Below, piece by piece: positions 8,603 through 22,312 of a stretch of 64,000 bases of DNA. The stretch comes from Anaerohalosphaeraceae bacterium. Lineage in GTDB: Bacteria; Planctomycetota; Phycisphaerae; Sedimentisphaerales; Anaerohalosphaeraceae. The stretch covers positions 32,001 to 96,000 of the forward strand of contig CAXXSL010000008.1 in the NCBI GenBank assembly GCA_963675525.2, given 5' to 3'. Each line of letters starts with the position of its first letter. Position 1 is the first letter of the stretch. Below the pieces are notes generated by a model. The model saw nothing but the letters and a program-made list of their open reading frames with translations, had not been told where the DNA came from and did not search any database. Both the position numbers and the translations under genes were made by a program.

Positions 8603-10294
8603 CTACACAAAATAGGCTTTGAGGACGTATTGCTGCATCATGCGCTGGGTGTTGAAGAAGGAACCGTTCAGGGCGATGGCGTGCAGCATCATCGAACAAA
8701 ACCGCGGATGGTCGTTGTAATACAAATCGACGACATGCTCTAATTTCTCGTACAGCCACTGTGCGTCCTGTGCGCGGTCGGGCTGTTCTTTGAGGCGATG
8801 GTTGTGCCCGATGGCCCAGCCGGTGACGCCTTCGATGCAGCCTTCGATCCACCAGCCGTCCAGAATACTCAGGGAAGGCACACCGTTTAAGGCCGCTTTC
8901 ATGCCGCTGGTGCCGGAGGCCTCCAATGGCGGCTGGGGTGTATTGAGCCAGACATCCACCCCCGCCGTCATCAAGCGACCGATGGACATATCGTAATTGG
9001 GCAGATAGGCAATGCGAATGCTGTCATGCAAATCCCTCGCGGACGCGTAAATTTGTTTGATCAATTCCTTGCCCTCGGTATCCCGGGGATGGGCCTTTCC
9101 CGCAAACACAATTTGAAAACGTCCGATTTCGGAAGCGATTTTGCGCAGCCGGTCTAAGTCCGTAAAAATCAGGTCGGCCCGTTTATAACTGGCAGCCCGG
9201 CGGGCAAACCCCAGCGTCAGGATATCGGCATCCATTCCGGTATTGCTGTATTGATTGACATGCTCGATCAAATCACGTTTTGCTTCGGCATGGGCTTTTT
9301 GGATATCCGCACAGGAAATCCCCAGCGCATACCGCAGACTGAAATTATCCTCGCGCCAACCGGGAATGTGTTCGTCAAATAACTTCCGAAACGGTTCCGA
9401 CGCCCACCGGCCGGCATGAATGCCGTTGGTAATGGCGTCAATTTTATAGCCGACAAACATTTGACGTGATACTTCGCCGTGTTTTTTGGCAACACCGTTC
9501 ACATAACTGCTCAGGCTCAGCGCCAGATACGTCATGTTCAAAACCTTATCACAGCAAAACACACCTTCCAAGGCAAAGGCGTCGTGGGACCCCAAAACCT
9601 GATGCACCAAATCCATCGGAAACTGGTCATGACCGGCAGCCACGGGGGTATGCGTCGTGAAAACGCACTGCCTGCGAACCGCCTCGACATCCTCTGCGGT
9701 GATCACCGCATCATCGCCCTTCTTTTGAAGCTGTTCTTCAAGCAGTTCCAGCGTCAGAAGGCCGGCGTGCCCTTCGTTCATGTGGAAGCGTTCGATCTGA
9801 TCGTATCCGAGGGCGCGAAGCATCTTGACGCCGCCAATTCCAAGAATGATTTCCTGGCACAAACGGTAATGAGCTTCATGGCCATATAAGTGGTCGGTCA
9901 AGGTACGATCCGAATCGGCATTTTCCTCCAGATCGGTATCCAACAGATAAACCGGGACGGTATAGCCCGAAATTCCCTTGAGTTCATATTTCCAGGCACG
10001 AATCTTTACCGGGCGTCCTTCCACGGACACCACCACTTTTTCCGATTGCTCGGCGGCATAATCTTCGGGGATCCACGCAACCGGTTCTTCGGTTTGCCAG
10101 CCGTCATCTGCTAGTTTTTGAAAAAAATACCCTTTTCGATACAGCAGCGTCACAGCAACAATCGGCACCCCTAAATCGGCCGCAGATTGAATCGTGTCAC
10201 CGGCGAGAATCCCCAGTCCACCGCTATAGGTGGGCATTGCTTCTTCGAGTCCGATCTCCATTGAAAAATATGCAATTCGTCTTTCGTTCGCCAA
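8603..10294 (-). CDS. glgP: Alpha-glucan (glycogen/starch) phosphorylase, short form
   Basis: [49 protein letters not shown] (PLP lysine); TTG start with AAGGAGA RBS. Confidence 0.9.
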   Translation of the reverse strand: MANERRIAYFSMEIGLEEAMPTYSGGLGILAGDTIQSAADLGVPIVAVTLLYRKGYFFQKLADDGWQTEEPVAWIPEDYAAEQSEKVVVSVEGRPVKIRAWKYELKGISGYTVPVYLLDTDLEENADSDRTLTDHLYGHEAHYRLCQEIILGIGGVKMLRALGYDQIERFHMNEGHAGLLTLELLEEQLQKKGDDAVITAEDVEAVRRQCVFTTHTPVAAGHDQFPMDLVHQVLGSHDAFALEGVFCCDKVLNMTYLALSLSSYVNGVAKKHGEVSRQMFVGYKIDAITNGIHAGRWASEPFRKLFDEHIPGWREDNFSLRYALGISCADIQKAHAEAKRDLIEHVNQYSNTGMDADILTLGFARRAASYKRADLIFTDLDRLRKIASEIGRFQIVFAGKAHPRDTEGKELIKQIYASARDLHDSIRIAYLPNYDMSIGRLMTAGVDVWLNTPQPPLEASGTSGMKAALNGVPSLSILDGWWIEGCIEGVTGWAIGHNHRLKEQPDRAQDAQWLYEKLEHVVDLYYNDHPRFCSMMLHAIALNGSFFNTQRMMQQYVLKAYFV

Positions 10295-10310
10295 GGCTGT
10301 TCTCCTTAGA

Positions 10311-11252
10311 TCAATGTTCTTCAAAAGGACCGGAATCCGTTTCCAATGCATCCAATACTCGTTTAAGGCTAACAATGGCCAAACACACACAGGTGTCGGC
10401 GGCGCCATAATAAATCCACAGATCATCCTCCCGTCGTATCATCCCTGTTGGGAACACAATATTGGGAACCAGTCCGCTGACCTCATACGGTTCCATCGCT
10501 TTAAACAAACACCGCGGCGTACGAGCGATGACTTTGTGCGGTTTATCCCGATCCAGTAAGGCCGCGCCAACACGATAGACCATTTGTCCGGCATAGCCTT
10601 TGACGCCATGATACAACAGCAGCCACCCGCGGTCGGTCAGCAGCGGCGGCGGCCCGGCGCCCACCTTTACTGCATCCCATGCGGGGCCGTTGCCTCCACG
10701 CAATACACAATGCGGCTGTCCCCAGTGAACCAGATCGGGCGAATACGCCAGCCATATATTCTCAACTCCCCCGCCGGCATTAGGACGCTGCACGATGGCC
10801 CAGCGGTCCTTGAATTTAACGGGAAACAAACACGCATCTTTATTGTTAGGCGGCAGAATCAAGCCGAGACGTTCGACTTTTTTGAAATCTTTAGTTTTGG
10901 CAAGTCCGACCGCTGCTCCGGCAGGCGAATAAGCGGTATAAGTAATATACCATGCTTTTTGTTCGTCGATCCAACTGACACGGGCATCTTCGCATCCCCA
11001 TTGCTCATATTTCCATTGCTTAAGACCACACTGCAAAAGAGCGGTCGGAGCAATCTGCCAATCCGTAACCCCGTTGTCGCTTCGAGCAGTATAGATGCTG
11101 GAAAAGCCGTTGGTATCTTCCACGCGGAGCAACAGAACGACCTGCCCGTTTACTTCCACGGCACCAGGGTTTAAAACGGCTTCGGCATGAAACGGCATGT
11201 CCTTTGCCGTCAAAATCGGGTTGTGTTCTGAGCGTTTGAAAATCGGCTTCAT
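10311..11252 (-). CDS. GH130 family glycoside phosphorylase/hydrolase (beta-mannoside)
   Basis: [48 protein letters not shown]. Confidence 0.85.
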   Translation of the reverse strand: MKPIFKRSEHNPILTAKDMPFHAEAVLNPGAVEVNGQVVLLLRVEDTNGFSSIYTARSDNGVTDWQIAPTALLQCGLKQWKYEQWGCEDARVSWIDEQKAWYITYTAYSPAGAAVGLAKTKDFKKVERLGLILPPNNKDACLFPVKFKDRWAIVQRPNAGGGVENIWLAYSPDLVHWGQPHCVLRGGNGPAWDAVKVGAGPPPLLTDRGWLLLYHGVKGYAGQMVYRVGAALLDRDKPHKVIARTPRCLFKAMEPYEVSGLVPNIVFPTGMIRREDDLWIYYGAADTCVCLAIVSLKRVLDALETDSGPFEEH

Positions 11253-11320
11253 AAATAATAATTCCTTGGCATCTATAGAAATCGCGACAATTCGCATTTC
11301 ACTTTCGATTGCCTGATTTT

Positions 11321-11348
11321 ATGATATAGCGAAAATAGGGATTGTCAA
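11321..11348 (-). promoter_or_regulatory. sigma70-type promoter for GH130-glgP
   Basis: TTGACA-N16-TATCAT on minus strand. Confidence 0.5.
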
Positions 11349-11529
11349 GAATTAAGCTACCTCGGCTAAAAGCAACTAAAACAAAATCTCCTCTTAAGTA
11401 AAGATGAACACTCGGCAGGTAAATGGGTTTTTCTGTTGATTTTTGTGTTCAGAAGCGATAAAATTATTCGTTTGCTTTCTCGTTGAAAATCAGGTTCCTT
11501 TTTGTAATCTCATAAAATCAGGGAGTTTT

Positions 11530-13395
11530 ATGTCTTTAACCGAACATATTCGTAACGTGGCGATCATCGCTCACGTTGACCACGGCAAAACGAGCCTGCT
11601 GGACCAGTTGTTATATCAATCGGGCATGTTTCGCGATGCTGAACTGGACAAACTGGCTGGCGGCCAACACGGTCTGATTATGGACTCCAATCCTCTGGAA
11701 CGGGAACGGGGTATTACGATCTTGAGTAAAAACTGTGCAATCCAGTACACCACCCCGGATGGTGAGGAGTACAAGATCAATATCATTGATACGCCGGGAC
11801 ACGCTGATTTTGGCGGCGAAGTCGAACGGGTACTGCAAATGGCCGACGGGGTTTTGCTGGTCGTGGACGCCTTTGAGGGACCGATGCCGCAGACACGATT
11901 TGTGCTGACCAAGGCCCTCCAGCACGGACTCAAACCTATTGTCGTGATCAACAAGATCGACCGCACGGATGCAAGGCCCGATGACGTTGTCAACGAGGTG
12001 TTTGATTTGTTTGTCGCCCTGAAAGCCAACGATAATGCACTGGACTTTCCAATCCTGTTTGCCTCGGCCAAGAACGGCTGGGCCACAGCGGACCTGCATG
12101 TCGAAAACGACAATATGCAGCCGATCTTTGACGCCATCATCCACCATGTACCGACCCCTAAGGATAACCCGAACGCCCCGCTTCAAATGATGGTCACCTC
12201 GCTGGACTATTCGGATTACCTCGGACGGATTGCGGTCGGACGCGTCGTTGCCGGTTCCGTTTCTCAAGCAGAAAAGATCGCTGTTATCGATGTCGAAGGA
12301 AAGCATACACAGCAAAAGGTCACCCAGCTTTACAGTTTTGACGGCCTGAGTAAGATACAAATCGAAAAGGTTGTTGCCGGCGACATCTGCGCAATTGCCG
12401 GGCTGGACCCGGTGGATATCGGTAACACAATTGCGTGCGCCGATAAACCCAGCGCCCTGCCGATTGTGGCCGTGGACGAACCGACGATGCACATGACCTT
12501 CCGCATTAATGACGGTCCGTTCGCCGGGCAGGAAGGTAAATACGTTGCCAGCCGCCAGATCAAAGAACGGCTGGAGAAAGAATTACAGGTCAATGTCGCG
12601 CTGCGTGTGGAGCCGGGCGCCACGCCGGAAGAATTCAAGGTTTCCGGACGCGGGCTGATGCATTTGGGGATCCTGCTGGAGAATATGCGGCGGGAAGGCT
12701 TTGAACTTTGCGTCGGCAAACCCAACGTCATTATCCGTTACGTTGATGGTCTGCGGCAGGAACCGATCGAACGACTGGCTGTCGACTGCCCGATTGAATG
12801 CCAAAGCCCCGTTATGAGTCTGCTGGGCGACCGACGTAGTGAAATGATCAGTATGGATGCGAAAAGCGGTTCGGACGATTATATCCACATGGAATTTATG
12901 ATTCCGTCGCGCGGGCTGTTCGGGCTGCATGCCAGAATCCTGACCGCCACACAGGGACGTGCGGTTATGCATCACACGTTTGAACGCTATGAACCGATGC
13001 GCGGGACGATTCCGCAGCGGCAGGCCGGCGTGATGATCGCCACGGAAACCGGCGTCGTCACCGCGTACGCACTGGACAGCCTTTATGACCGCGGCATCTT
13101 CTTTGTCGCACCGGGCGAACAGGTTTACAACGGCCAGGTCGTTGGCGAACATTGCAAGGACAAAGATATTCCCGTCAACCCGACCCGGGCCAAACAATTG
13201 ACCAATGTCCGGTCCTCGGGGAAGGACGACGCCGCGAAAGTTCGCCCGCCGCGAATTATGAGTCTGGAAGCAACGCTGGAATATATTCAGGAAGATGAAC
13301 TGGTTGAAATTACACCGAAAGCATTCAGAATACGAAAACGACTGCTGAAAGAAGGCGACCGCAAGCGAGACTCCCGAAAGTCACAAAAAGAATAA
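11530..13395 (+). CDS. typA: Translational GTPase TypA/BipA
   Basis: IRNVAIIAHVDHGKT, ERERGITILSKN, DTPGHADFGGEVER, NKID, GRGLMHLGILLENMRREG, KQLTNVRSSG. Confidence 0.96.
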   Translation: MSLTEHIRNVAIIAHVDHGKTSLLDQLLYQSGMFRDAELDKLAGGQHGLIMDSNPLERERGITILSKNCAIQYTTPDGEEYKINIIDTPGHADFGGEVERVLQMADGVLLVVDAFEGPMPQTRFVLTKALQHGLKPIVVINKIDRTDARPDDVVNEVFDLFVALKANDNALDFPILFASAKNGWATADLHVENDNMQPIFDAIIHHVPTPKDNPNAPLQMMVTSLDYSDYLGRIAVGRVVAGSVSQAEKIAVIDVEGKHTQQKVTQLYSFDGLSKIQIEKVVAGDICAIAGLDPVDIGNTIACADKPSALPIVAVDEPTMHMTFRINDGPFAGQEGKYVASRQIKERLEKELQVNVALRVEPGATPEEFKVSGRGLMHLGILLENMRREGFELCVGKPNVIIRYVDGLRQEPIERLAVDCPIECQSPVMSLLGDRRSEMISMDAKSGSDDYIHMEFMIPSRGLFGLHARILTATQGRAVMHHTFERYEPMRGTIPQRQAGVMIATETGVVTAYALDSLYDRGIFFVAPGEQVYNGQVVGEHCKDKDIPVNPTRAKQLTNVRSSGKDDAAKVRPPRIMSLEATLEYIQEDELVEITPKAFRIRKRLLKEGDRKRDSRKSQKE

Positions 13396-13633
13396 TGGGA
13401 ACGCGGGCGTCTCGCCCGCAACAATAAAAACATGCGACCGGGACGGTCGCGTTCCCAATCAATAAAGCTCTCCCCCTGCCAAGGGGGAGTACCCCGAGGG
13501 GGGGAGGGGATACAAAAAACGGAAAAACTCCATAAGCCCGGAGGGCTGAAAAGATAATAGCCGGGGGTGTAAACCCCCGGAAAGAAAGCCCTCAACCCCA
13601 AAGCCCCGGAGGGGCGAGATGTGTATCTCGCCC
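13396..13633. repeat. Cluster of three different REP-like palindromic elements
   Basis: 13396-13457 TGGGAACGCG...CGCGTTCCCA inverted pair with internal hairpins; 13468-13510 CTCCCCCTGCCAAGGGGGAG...; 13534-13633 AGCCC(C)GGAGGG(G)C twice plus CCGGGGGTGTAAACCCCCGG. Confidence 0.7.
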
Positions 13634-13655
13634 AAAACATTCATATTTTTTTACA

Positions 13656-13684
13656 TTGACGACGGGATTAGTCAAGGGTACGAT
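13656..13684 (+). promoter_or_regulatory. sigma70-type promoter
   Basis: TTGACG-N17-TACGAT ahead of an AAGGAG RBS. Confidence 0.5.
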
Positions 13685-13713
13685 TGAGAAAAACAAAGGA
13701 GTAATATGAGAGC

Positions 13714-14211
13714 ATGAAAACGGCACATAGATTTATGGTTGCAGTTGGAATCACTTCGATAATAATGGCAGGACTCGGTTTTTGGTATAATTTAACGTCT
13801 TTGTTTACAGACTTTTCCCATCACACTCAAGATCAAGAATTTGCGTATTTTTTTCCTGCCTTTTACACAATGTCGACCATATGCATCGTTTGTTATGTCG
13901 CCCTCTTGATTTGCGGTGTGCAATTTATTCAGCTTCGCATAGGTTTAGTTAAATTTTTTGTTGGCTTAATCGTATTTGAAGTTATATATTTTTTTTCTAT
14001 AGGTTTCGCGTGGCTAACTCCGGTAATTGGAAGGAGCGTTGCTGCCGCTACGGGTGTTGCCAACGGAGGCATGTCATTTCAAATATTTATCCTGTTTCCA
14101 TTGTGGGCGCCACTTCTGGTTTTATGGTCAGATGGCAAATTAAAAAGCACGGATAATGCAATCGGAAGCAATATTCAAGAAGTTGAAAATTCAGCTAACC
14201 AAGCAAACTAA
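13714..14211 (+). CDS. Hypothetical membrane protein (about 4 TM helices), AT-rich
   Basis: 165-aa ORF with promoter and RBS; hydrophobic segments. Confidence 0.65.
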   Translation: MKTAHRFMVAVGITSIIMAGLGFWYNLTSLFTDFSHHTQDQEFAYFFPAFYTMSTICIVCYVALLICGVQFIQLRIGLVKFFVGLIVFEVIYFFSIGFAWLTPVIGRSVAAATGVANGGMSFQIFILFPLWAPLLVLWSDGKLKSTDNAIGSNIQEVENSANQAN

Positions 14212-14253
14212 CAAGGCCAGAGAGCATTTTTTCATTGAAAGATTACAACGCAC

Positions 14254-15645
14254 ATGATTCAGCCACAGCGAATTCTGCATCGAAACAACAAAGCGATCCA
14301 AAATGGAAAAATTGTTCTGTACTGGATGCAGGCGGCGCAGCGGGCAGAGTGGAATCATGCCCTCGAATACGCAATCAGCGTGGCTAATGAGCGAAAAAAG
14401 CCGGTTTTGGCGGCGTTTTGCATCTCCGATGACTTTCCGGAAGCCAACGAACGGCATTACGCGTTTATGCTGGAAGGCTTGAAGGAAACTCAAGGCTCCC
14501 TTGCCAAACGAAACATCCCACTGGTCGTTTTTCACGGCAAGCCGGAAGAAACCATTCCCAAAATCGCTAAAGACGCGGACCTGCTTGTCATGGATGAAGG
14601 CTATCTGCGCATTCAGCAGCAATGGCGGGATGTTATCGCCGAAGCGGCGGATTGTGCGGTCTGTGAAGTTACCACCAACCTGATCGTTCCGGTCGAAGAA
14701 GCGTCAGAGAAGGAAAATTTCTCCGCGGGGACACTTCGGCCGCGTATTACCAAGCAATTGAAAAAATATCTTATGCCACTGCGACATGTAAAGGCAAATG
14801 CAACCATGTCTTTCGCCTTTGGCGAGAAGACATGCCACCCATTAGGGAAAACGTGCCACCCGTTTAATATAACCAATATTGAAAAGGCATTAAAGAAACT
14901 TTCCATCGACCAGTCGGTTAAGGCATCGCCCTGCTTTTGCGGCGGGACAAGCGAAGCGAAGAAACGTCTAAAGCAATTTATCAAAGACAAGCTGGATGAC
15001 TACGCCGATAGACGCAATGACCCGATCCTGGACTGTCAGTCGAATCTAAGCCCGTATCTGCATTTCGGGCAAATCAGTCCGCTGTACATTGCTTTGGAAA
15101 TTCAAAAAAGTACTGCGAAGAAAAAATGCAAAGATGCCTTTCTGGAAGAATTGATTGTCCGGCGGGAGTTGAGTCATAATTTTGTGTATTATAATCCACA
15201 GTATGATAAATACGATGCTTTGCCGCCGTGGGCTCTGCGAACGCTGAACTTTCACGCCAAAGACAAACGTGAATATACCTATACGATTGAACAATTCGAG
15301 AAAGCCCGAACCCATGACCCCTATTGGAATGCGGCGCAGATTGAAATGGTCATGACCGGAAAAATGCACAACTATCTGCGGATGTACTGGGGCAAGAAAA
15401 TTCTCGAATGGGCAAAAAGCCCAAAAAATGCTTTCAAAATCGCCTTATATCTGAATAATAAGTACGAACTCGACGGCCGCGACCCGAACGGCTTTGCGGG
15501 GGTAGCATGGTGCTTCGGCAAGCACGACCGCGCCTGGGGCGAACGGCCCATTTTCGGCAAAGTCCGTTATATGAATGCGGCGGGTCTGAAACGGAAGTTC
15601 AATATAGATGCTTATGTGAAGAAGATTAACACACTTGTTAAATGA
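14254..15645 (+). CDS. phr: Class II CPD photolyase
   Basis: VLYWMQAAQRAEWNHAL, SNLSPYLHFGQIS, FLEELIVRRELS, GKMHNYLRMYWGKKILEW, LDGRDPNG, ERPIFGKVRYM. Confidence 0.92.
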   Translation: MIQPQRILHRNNKAIQNGKIVLYWMQAAQRAEWNHALEYAISVANERKKPVLAAFCISDDFPEANERHYAFMLEGLKETQGSLAKRNIPLVVFHGKPEETIPKIAKDADLLVMDEGYLRIQQQWRDVIAEAADCAVCEVTTNLIVPVEEASEKENFSAGTLRPRITKQLKKYLMPLRHVKANATMSFAFGEKTCHPLGKTCHPFNITNIEKALKKLSIDQSVKASPCFCGGTSEAKKRLKQFIKDKLDDYADRRNDPILDCQSNLSPYLHFGQISPLYIALEIQKSTAKKKCKDAFLEELIVRRELSHNFVYYNPQYDKYDALPPWALRTLNFHAKDKREYTYTIEQFEKARTHDPYWNAAQIEMVMTGKMHNYLRMYWGKKILEWAKSPKNAFKIALYLNNKYELDGRDPNGFAGVAWCFGKHDRAWGERPIFGKVRYMNAAGLKRKFNIDAYVKKINTLVK

Positions 15646-15667
15646 TATTTTTCAGGAGATGTGAAAA

Positions 15668-16729
15668 ATGAAACATCATATCCAACGTTCACAGATGCTT
15701 GCGGTAATCTTTTTGACCCATTTATCCATAAGTTTTCTATTTTTCATAACCGGGTGCAGTCAATCGGTCGCTGTCGATCCTGAAATGCTTGAATTACAGG
15801 GGCGTTTGCGAGTCCATGACCCCGTCATCATAAAAGAAGCGGACACCTACTACGTGTTTGCCACCGGCGGTCGTCCGGGGAGAGGTTTTATCCCTGTCAT
15901 GACCTCACCGGATATGATTCATTGGGAACCCGGCGGAAACGTTTTTGACGAACTTCCTGAGTGGGCCCCTATCGAAATTCCCGGCACGCGAGGTATCTGG
16001 GCACCGGATATTTCCTATTTCAACGGCCTCTATCATATCTATTATTCCATCTCCACATTTGGAAAAAATAATTCAGCTATCGGCCTGGCTACGAATAAAA
16101 CCCTCAACCCGGAAAGTCCTGATTACGAATGGATCGATCACGGCATGGTTGTGCGATCCACAAGCGGCATCGATGACTTCAACGCGATTGATGCTAATAT
16201 TGCCATTGAGGACAAAAACAACATCTGGTTGTCGTGGGGAAGTTTCTGGGGCGGCATCAAAATGCGAAAAATTGATCCCGAAACAGGCATGCCTTCAACG
16301 GAAGACACGACAGTATACTCGCTGTGCAGTCGGCCCCGACACGGCGAACAACAGACGCCGCCGCTGCAGGGTGCGGTTGAGGCCCCGTTTATCATCAAGC
16401 ACGGGAAATACTGGTATCTATTCGCTTCATTCGACCTGTGCTGCCGGGGCGCCGACAGCACGTATAATATCGTCGTCGGACGGGCCAAGAAAATTACCGG
16501 CCCGTATGTGGATAAAGACGGCAAGTCGATGCTCGAAGGCGGCGGCAGTGTTGTGATCGAAGCAACCACGCCCAACTGGCGCGGGCCGGGTCATTGTGCG
16601 GTTTTCAGCGAAAAGGGGACCGACTACCTGGTCTTTCACGCCTATCACGGCGAGACCGGACGATCGGAACTGAAAATCTCCACACTTGCCTGGGAAAAAG
16701 GCTGGCCGATGGCGGCGGAGTTGCCTTAA
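15668..16729 (+). CDS. GH43 endo-1,5-alpha-L-arabinanase-like lipoprotein
   Basis: VHDPVII, IWAPDI, NAIDANI, SWGSFWGGI, AVEAPFI, FDLCCRG, GPGHC; lipobox ITGC. Confidence 0.85.
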   Translation: MKHHIQRSQMLAVIFLTHLSISFLFFITGCSQSVAVDPEMLELQGRLRVHDPVIIKEADTYYVFATGGRPGRGFIPVMTSPDMIHWEPGGNVFDELPEWAPIEIPGTRGIWAPDISYFNGLYHIYYSISTFGKNNSAIGLATNKTLNPESPDYEWIDHGMVVRSTSGIDDFNAIDANIAIEDKNNIWLSWGSFWGGIKMRKIDPETGMPSTEDTTVYSLCSRPRHGEQQTPPLQGAVEAPFIIKHGKYWYLFASFDLCCRGADSTYNIVVGRAKKITGPYVDKDGKSMLEGGGSVVIEATTPNWRGPGHCAVFSEKGTDYLVFHAYHGETGRSELKISTLAWEKGWPMAAELP

Positions 16730-16797
16730 CGCATCCAAAAGCCTTAATGTCCAAGAATAACTTCTATCCATATAAATAAAATAATAGCGCAAAAGGA

Positions 16798-16828
16798 AAG
16801 GCCGGGCTGCTTTCGCAGACCGGCCTTA
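16798..16828. terminator. Intrinsic terminator between the convergent GH43 gene and the rRNA unit
   Basis: AAGGCCGG-GCTGC-TTTC-GCAGA-CCGGCCTT hairpin. Confidence 0.7.
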
Positions 16829-16832
16829 ATAA

Positions 16833-16940
16833 ACCTGGCGATCACCTACTTTCGCCTTTCGACTATCATCGGCCGAGCAGGCTTAGCTTCTGAGTTCGGA
16901 ATGGGATCAGGCGTTTCCCTACTCGTAAAGTCACCAGGAA
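16833..16940 (-). rRNA. rrf: 5S rRNA (short, about 108 nt)
   Basis: Reverse complement CCTGGTGAC...CCTGATCCCATTCCGAACTCAGAAGCTAAG...GAAAGTAGGTGATCGCCAGG. Confidence 0.95.
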
Positions 16941-17072
16941 ACTTATGATCGGCTGACCCGAAGACCAGCCGAAAATCTCTTAATATGTCAAACAAGCACA
17001 GTGGATATTGAATGATGGCGTCTTTCAACGCAACCCGTTGCGAATCCATATCTTTCAACCTACGATTGATAT

Positions 17073-19985
<2,913 letters not shown>

Positions 19986-20257
19986 TATCAATCTTAGATT
20001 GAAAGGGTTTGGTTCGCCTAACAAGCATTACATTTGCTCATTAATTGTTCAGGTTGGTTGTTACACGCTCATTCCAGAATAATAAGTATATTATTCTGTC
20101 TGTATATTGTAGTTTTGGTGTGTATTAAATACACGACCCAATTTTTGTTATACAGAAATATCCACTATGTACTTGTCAAAGAGCTTTATATATGACACCG
20201 GCCGCTAAACCGGATATCAGCATTATTATATCTCTATTATTATGGTTGAGAGTAAAA

Positions 20258-20330
20258 TGGAGACGATGAGATTCGAACTCACGACCCCCGCCTTGCAAGG
20301 GCGGTGCTCTCCCAGCTGAGCTACGTCCCC
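20258..20330 (-). tRNA. tRNA-Ala(TGC)
   Basis: GGGGACGTAGCTCAGCTGGGAGAGCACCGCCCT-TGC-AAGGCGGGGGTCGTGAGTTCGAATCTCATCGTCTCCA; CCA not encoded. Confidence 0.96.
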
Positions 20331-20358
20331 GAGTCCATTATTCTTCGGTTTATAGAAA

Positions 20359-20432
<74 letters not shown>

Positions 20433-20513
20433 GACCTGTTCGGCCCACCTGCCCCGGAGATTTCTATCCCCTGCCCAGATCGGCACTTGAGACTCAACCA
20501 TTGTTTTTACTTT

Positions 20514-20525
20514 TCATAAAGAGCA
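20514..20525 (-). promoter_or_regulatory. boxA antitermination element (second copy near 20174-20184)
   Basis: TGCTCTTTATGA here and GCTCTTTGACA upstream of 23S. Confidence 0.65.
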
Positions 20526-20577
20526 ATAAAAAATGCCGCTGCTCAAGTTTGTCAGCGACACTGCTGAAAGATTCGAG

Positions 20578-20743
20578 ATGTTAATCTCAACTTACTGAGC
20601 AGTCAAGTACAAAAATAAGTTTTTTGTATTTTTTTGTTCAAAACGTCCGGTTTTCGATGCCTTCTTTTTTTACCGCTTCAACAGACGCCCTGCTCACCCA
20701 TACTCCAGAATCTACAGTCTACCCAAAAAAGGGTTCTCGTCAA
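20578..20743 (-). promoter_or_regulatory. Tandem rrn-type promoters P1/P2
   Basis: TTGACG-N16-TAGACT (20743-20716) and TTGACT-N17-TAACAT (20606-20578), each with an A/T-rich upstream tract. Confidence 0.65.
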
Positions 20744-21126
20744 CAGCATTTTACAAAAAAACAACAAAAAATTACGTTTTTGTTATCCGTTTGACCTCAC
20801 TGGGGTTACGAACTGTTTTTTGGGCCGATAACAGCCTGTTCCGATTCCTGATGTCACCTTTTTTGCTGTCATTCACTGTTTTTCAGACCAGCTGTATCAA
20901 TAGTAAAATAACAACAATGCCCTATTTCAAACGCCTTGGCCGCAAAATCGTTGCAATTTAATCCCAATTTTTCTTGCGGAACGTCCTGTAAACCCCTTTG
21001 GAATTAGCTTAAAAAGGAAGAAGCTTCTGAAAAACATATGCGTTCACGATGTAGTACAGACCAACGACAGGCTCAAACAGCCTGATGAACGGTTTTTCCA
21101 TGAATTGCTAAGATCGAGGCCTTACA

Positions 21127-22272
21127 TTATTTAAAAACGGAAAGATCCCATTCGTCGGCCCATTTGACAATGATCTTACCGTCTTTGAATGTCACCGGCA
21201 GCCAGATATAATGCCCATCAACGGGATTACGCGGCGTCCAGACATCAAACATGGCAATAAACGCGCCCTCTTTGCCCTCTACAGGCAAAATAAACGTACT
21301 TTGAGCACCAAACGTCAAATCAGGCCCCATTTGATTGCGGGGATTGATCCCGCGGCAAGGATTATCAAGCGGTTTCCATGGGCCGAAGATATTATCCGCC
21401 ACAGCCGAACGGGCGGCATTCGGAGCCCAACCCGTACATCCCGAGGTGATCATATAATACTTGTCCTCATATTTACATATCGCGGGGGCTTCATTATGCC
21501 CGCCAGGCAAAACCCGCGAAAACTTTCCGGTGAAACCGAGATAATCATCCGTCAACTCTGAGATATGGAGGGTAAAGTTTTCTTCGGATGCATGGATATG
21601 GTACGCCTTGCCGTCATCATCAACAAAAAGGCCCATATCACGGGCCATTTGCCCTTCTTCCATGTCCCTCGCAAAATAATCCACACCTATCGGCATCACA
21701 AGTTCAGAAATTCCATGAACGGGCTCAACACCGGCATTCGGTCGGTAAGAACGCAGGTATTCATATGGTCCGATCGGACTGTCGCTAACGGCAACACCCG
21801 TGCGGGCGGCGCGGTAACCCTGTCGCCGCAATTCAAGATGGAACCACATGACGAATTTGCCTGTTTTAGCATTATAGATGACCTTGGGGCGTTCAATAAC
21901 ACATCCTCTGACGATCTCGCTTTCCGGATCTTCGGAGACGCCCAGCGCAATGCCTTCATCTTTCCAGTTGTACAGATCCGTAGAACTGTAGCAGTGAACA
22001 CCGACCTGGGCCGAGTTGCCTCGCCGGCCGGTGGTCTTATGCTCACCAAACCAATAATAGACCCCCTCGTGGAACAGCACTCCCCCGCCATGCGCATTGA
22101 TATGGACACCGTTATTGTCAGGCCAAAAAGGATTGCCCGGCTCAAAATACTTCAGCGGTTTCAATTCATCCGCCCCGACAGCAACCGGTTGGGATACTTC
22201 GCTTTCGGCTGCGCGCAAAGTGCCGGTATACGCGATCACAACAAATAACAAAAATTTCACTATTCGTATCAT
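21127..22272 (-). CDS. GH43 family glycoside hydrolase (GH43_24-like), secreted
   Basis: HINAHGGG, YYWFGE, IERPKVIYN, MARDMGLF, NEAPA, TSGCTGWAPN, TFGAQS; signal peptide. Confidence 0.85.
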   Translation of the reverse strand: MIRIVKFLLFVVIAYTGTLRAAESEVSQPVAVGADELKPLKYFEPGNPFWPDNNGVHINAHGGGVLFHEGVYYWFGEHKTTGRRGNSAQVGVHCYSSTDLYNWKDEGIALGVSEDPESEIVRGCVIERPKVIYNAKTGKFVMWFHLELRRQGYRAARTGVAVSDSPIGPYEYLRSYRPNAGVEPVHGISELVMPIGVDYFARDMEEGQMARDMGLFVDDDGKAYHIHASEENFTLHISELTDDYLGFTGKFSRVLPGGHNEAPAICKYEDKYYMITSGCTGWAPNAARSAVADNIFGPWKPLDNPCRGINPRNQMGPDLTFGAQSTFILPVEGKEGAFIAMFDVWTPRNPVDGHYIWLPVTFKDGKIIVKWADEWDLSVFK

Positions 22273-22312
22273 CTTATTTCTTTGTGTCAATTCTTTTATG
22301 GTCCATCAATAT

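Noticed and set aside
13396..13633. CRISPR array or IS element
   Set aside because: No regularly spaced identical repeats, no cas genes and no transposase anywhere in the window
13287..13644. Short minus-strand ORFs over the REP cluster
   Set aside because: Translations of GC-rich palindromes, not credible proteins
14185..14250. TAAC motifs at the end of the AT-rich orphan gene as a possible integron attC site
   Set aside because: No matching RYYYAAC...GTTRRRY palindrome and no integrase
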